Position numbers and translations under genes: made by a program. The notes under the pieces were generated by a model. That model was not told where the DNA came from. It did no database searches and saw only the letters and a list, made by a program, of their open reading frames with translations. This document shows, piece after piece, positions 63,718 to 64,000 of a stretch of 64,000 bases of DNA (positions within the stretch are counted from its first letter, which is position 1; the number at the start of each line of letters is the position of its first letter). Source of the DNA: Amphiscolops sp. MND2022 (taxonomy: Eukaryota); contig OZ076421.1 of NCBI GenBank assembly GCA_964187785.1, positions 19,158,001 to 19,222,000 on the forward strand, read 5' to 3'.

Positions 63718-64000
63718 GTAACAATGGAGACAAGAAATAAGACTCTCTTTGTTCTATGCAAATATAAAGTTCAGGGTAGCTGAAAAAGTTCTCGGGCTTA
63801 TGCAAACTGTTGCAATCCAGGTTTCGGGTTACTTAGAAGATTGAAAAAAATAACGAGAAGTGATTTTTTAATCAGGGGAGGGGCAAAATTCAATAAAATT
63901 GTGAGCAAATGCTTTTTTGCAAACGTCTTTGCAAACTCAGGTTTTCAGTTGATGCAAACAAAAGAATTTTTTATAAAACAAATAAAGCAATTATCCGAAC

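Overview
This is AT-rich eukaryotic (animal-like) DNA with GT-AG introns. It is not prokaryotic, and I found no CRISPR array, rRNA or tRNA genes. The left ~46 kb is almost all nested transposable elements. (1) A young 16.1-kb Ty3/Gypsy LTR retrotransposon on the minus strand (2046-18147), with 1539-bp LTRs differing at ~5 positions, a GCGGA target-site duplication, a PBS and a UUUAAAC -1 frameshift site. (2) An older, internally deleted Gypsy element (28088-32685, TSD GTCCC) whose 3' junction is tandemly triplicated. (3) A third degenerate Gypsy flanked by ~0.8-kb direct repeats. (4) Several LINE relics, a hAT relic, a fold-back element and two pairs of abutting long palindromes. The right ~17 kb holds host genes: a RING-H2 E3 ligase resembling TTC3/DZIP3, a three-exon ~1230-aa protein with a PAM2-like motif, and the start of a secreted LDL-receptor-class-A protein. 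The stand-out feature is a 7-kb cargo region between pol and the 3' LTR of element 1. It carries an intact, antisense, six-exon gene (1081 aa, all five introns GT-AG and in phase) encoding a zinc-finger protein that looks like a catalytically dead hAT transposase. It also carries a divergent 351-aa ORF. A CGCATA-n4-CGYATA motif is arrayed in both LTRs, in the internal divergent promoter and in the largest intron. Together these suggest an element-encoded DNA-binding protein plus its own binding-site arrays; this is inference.
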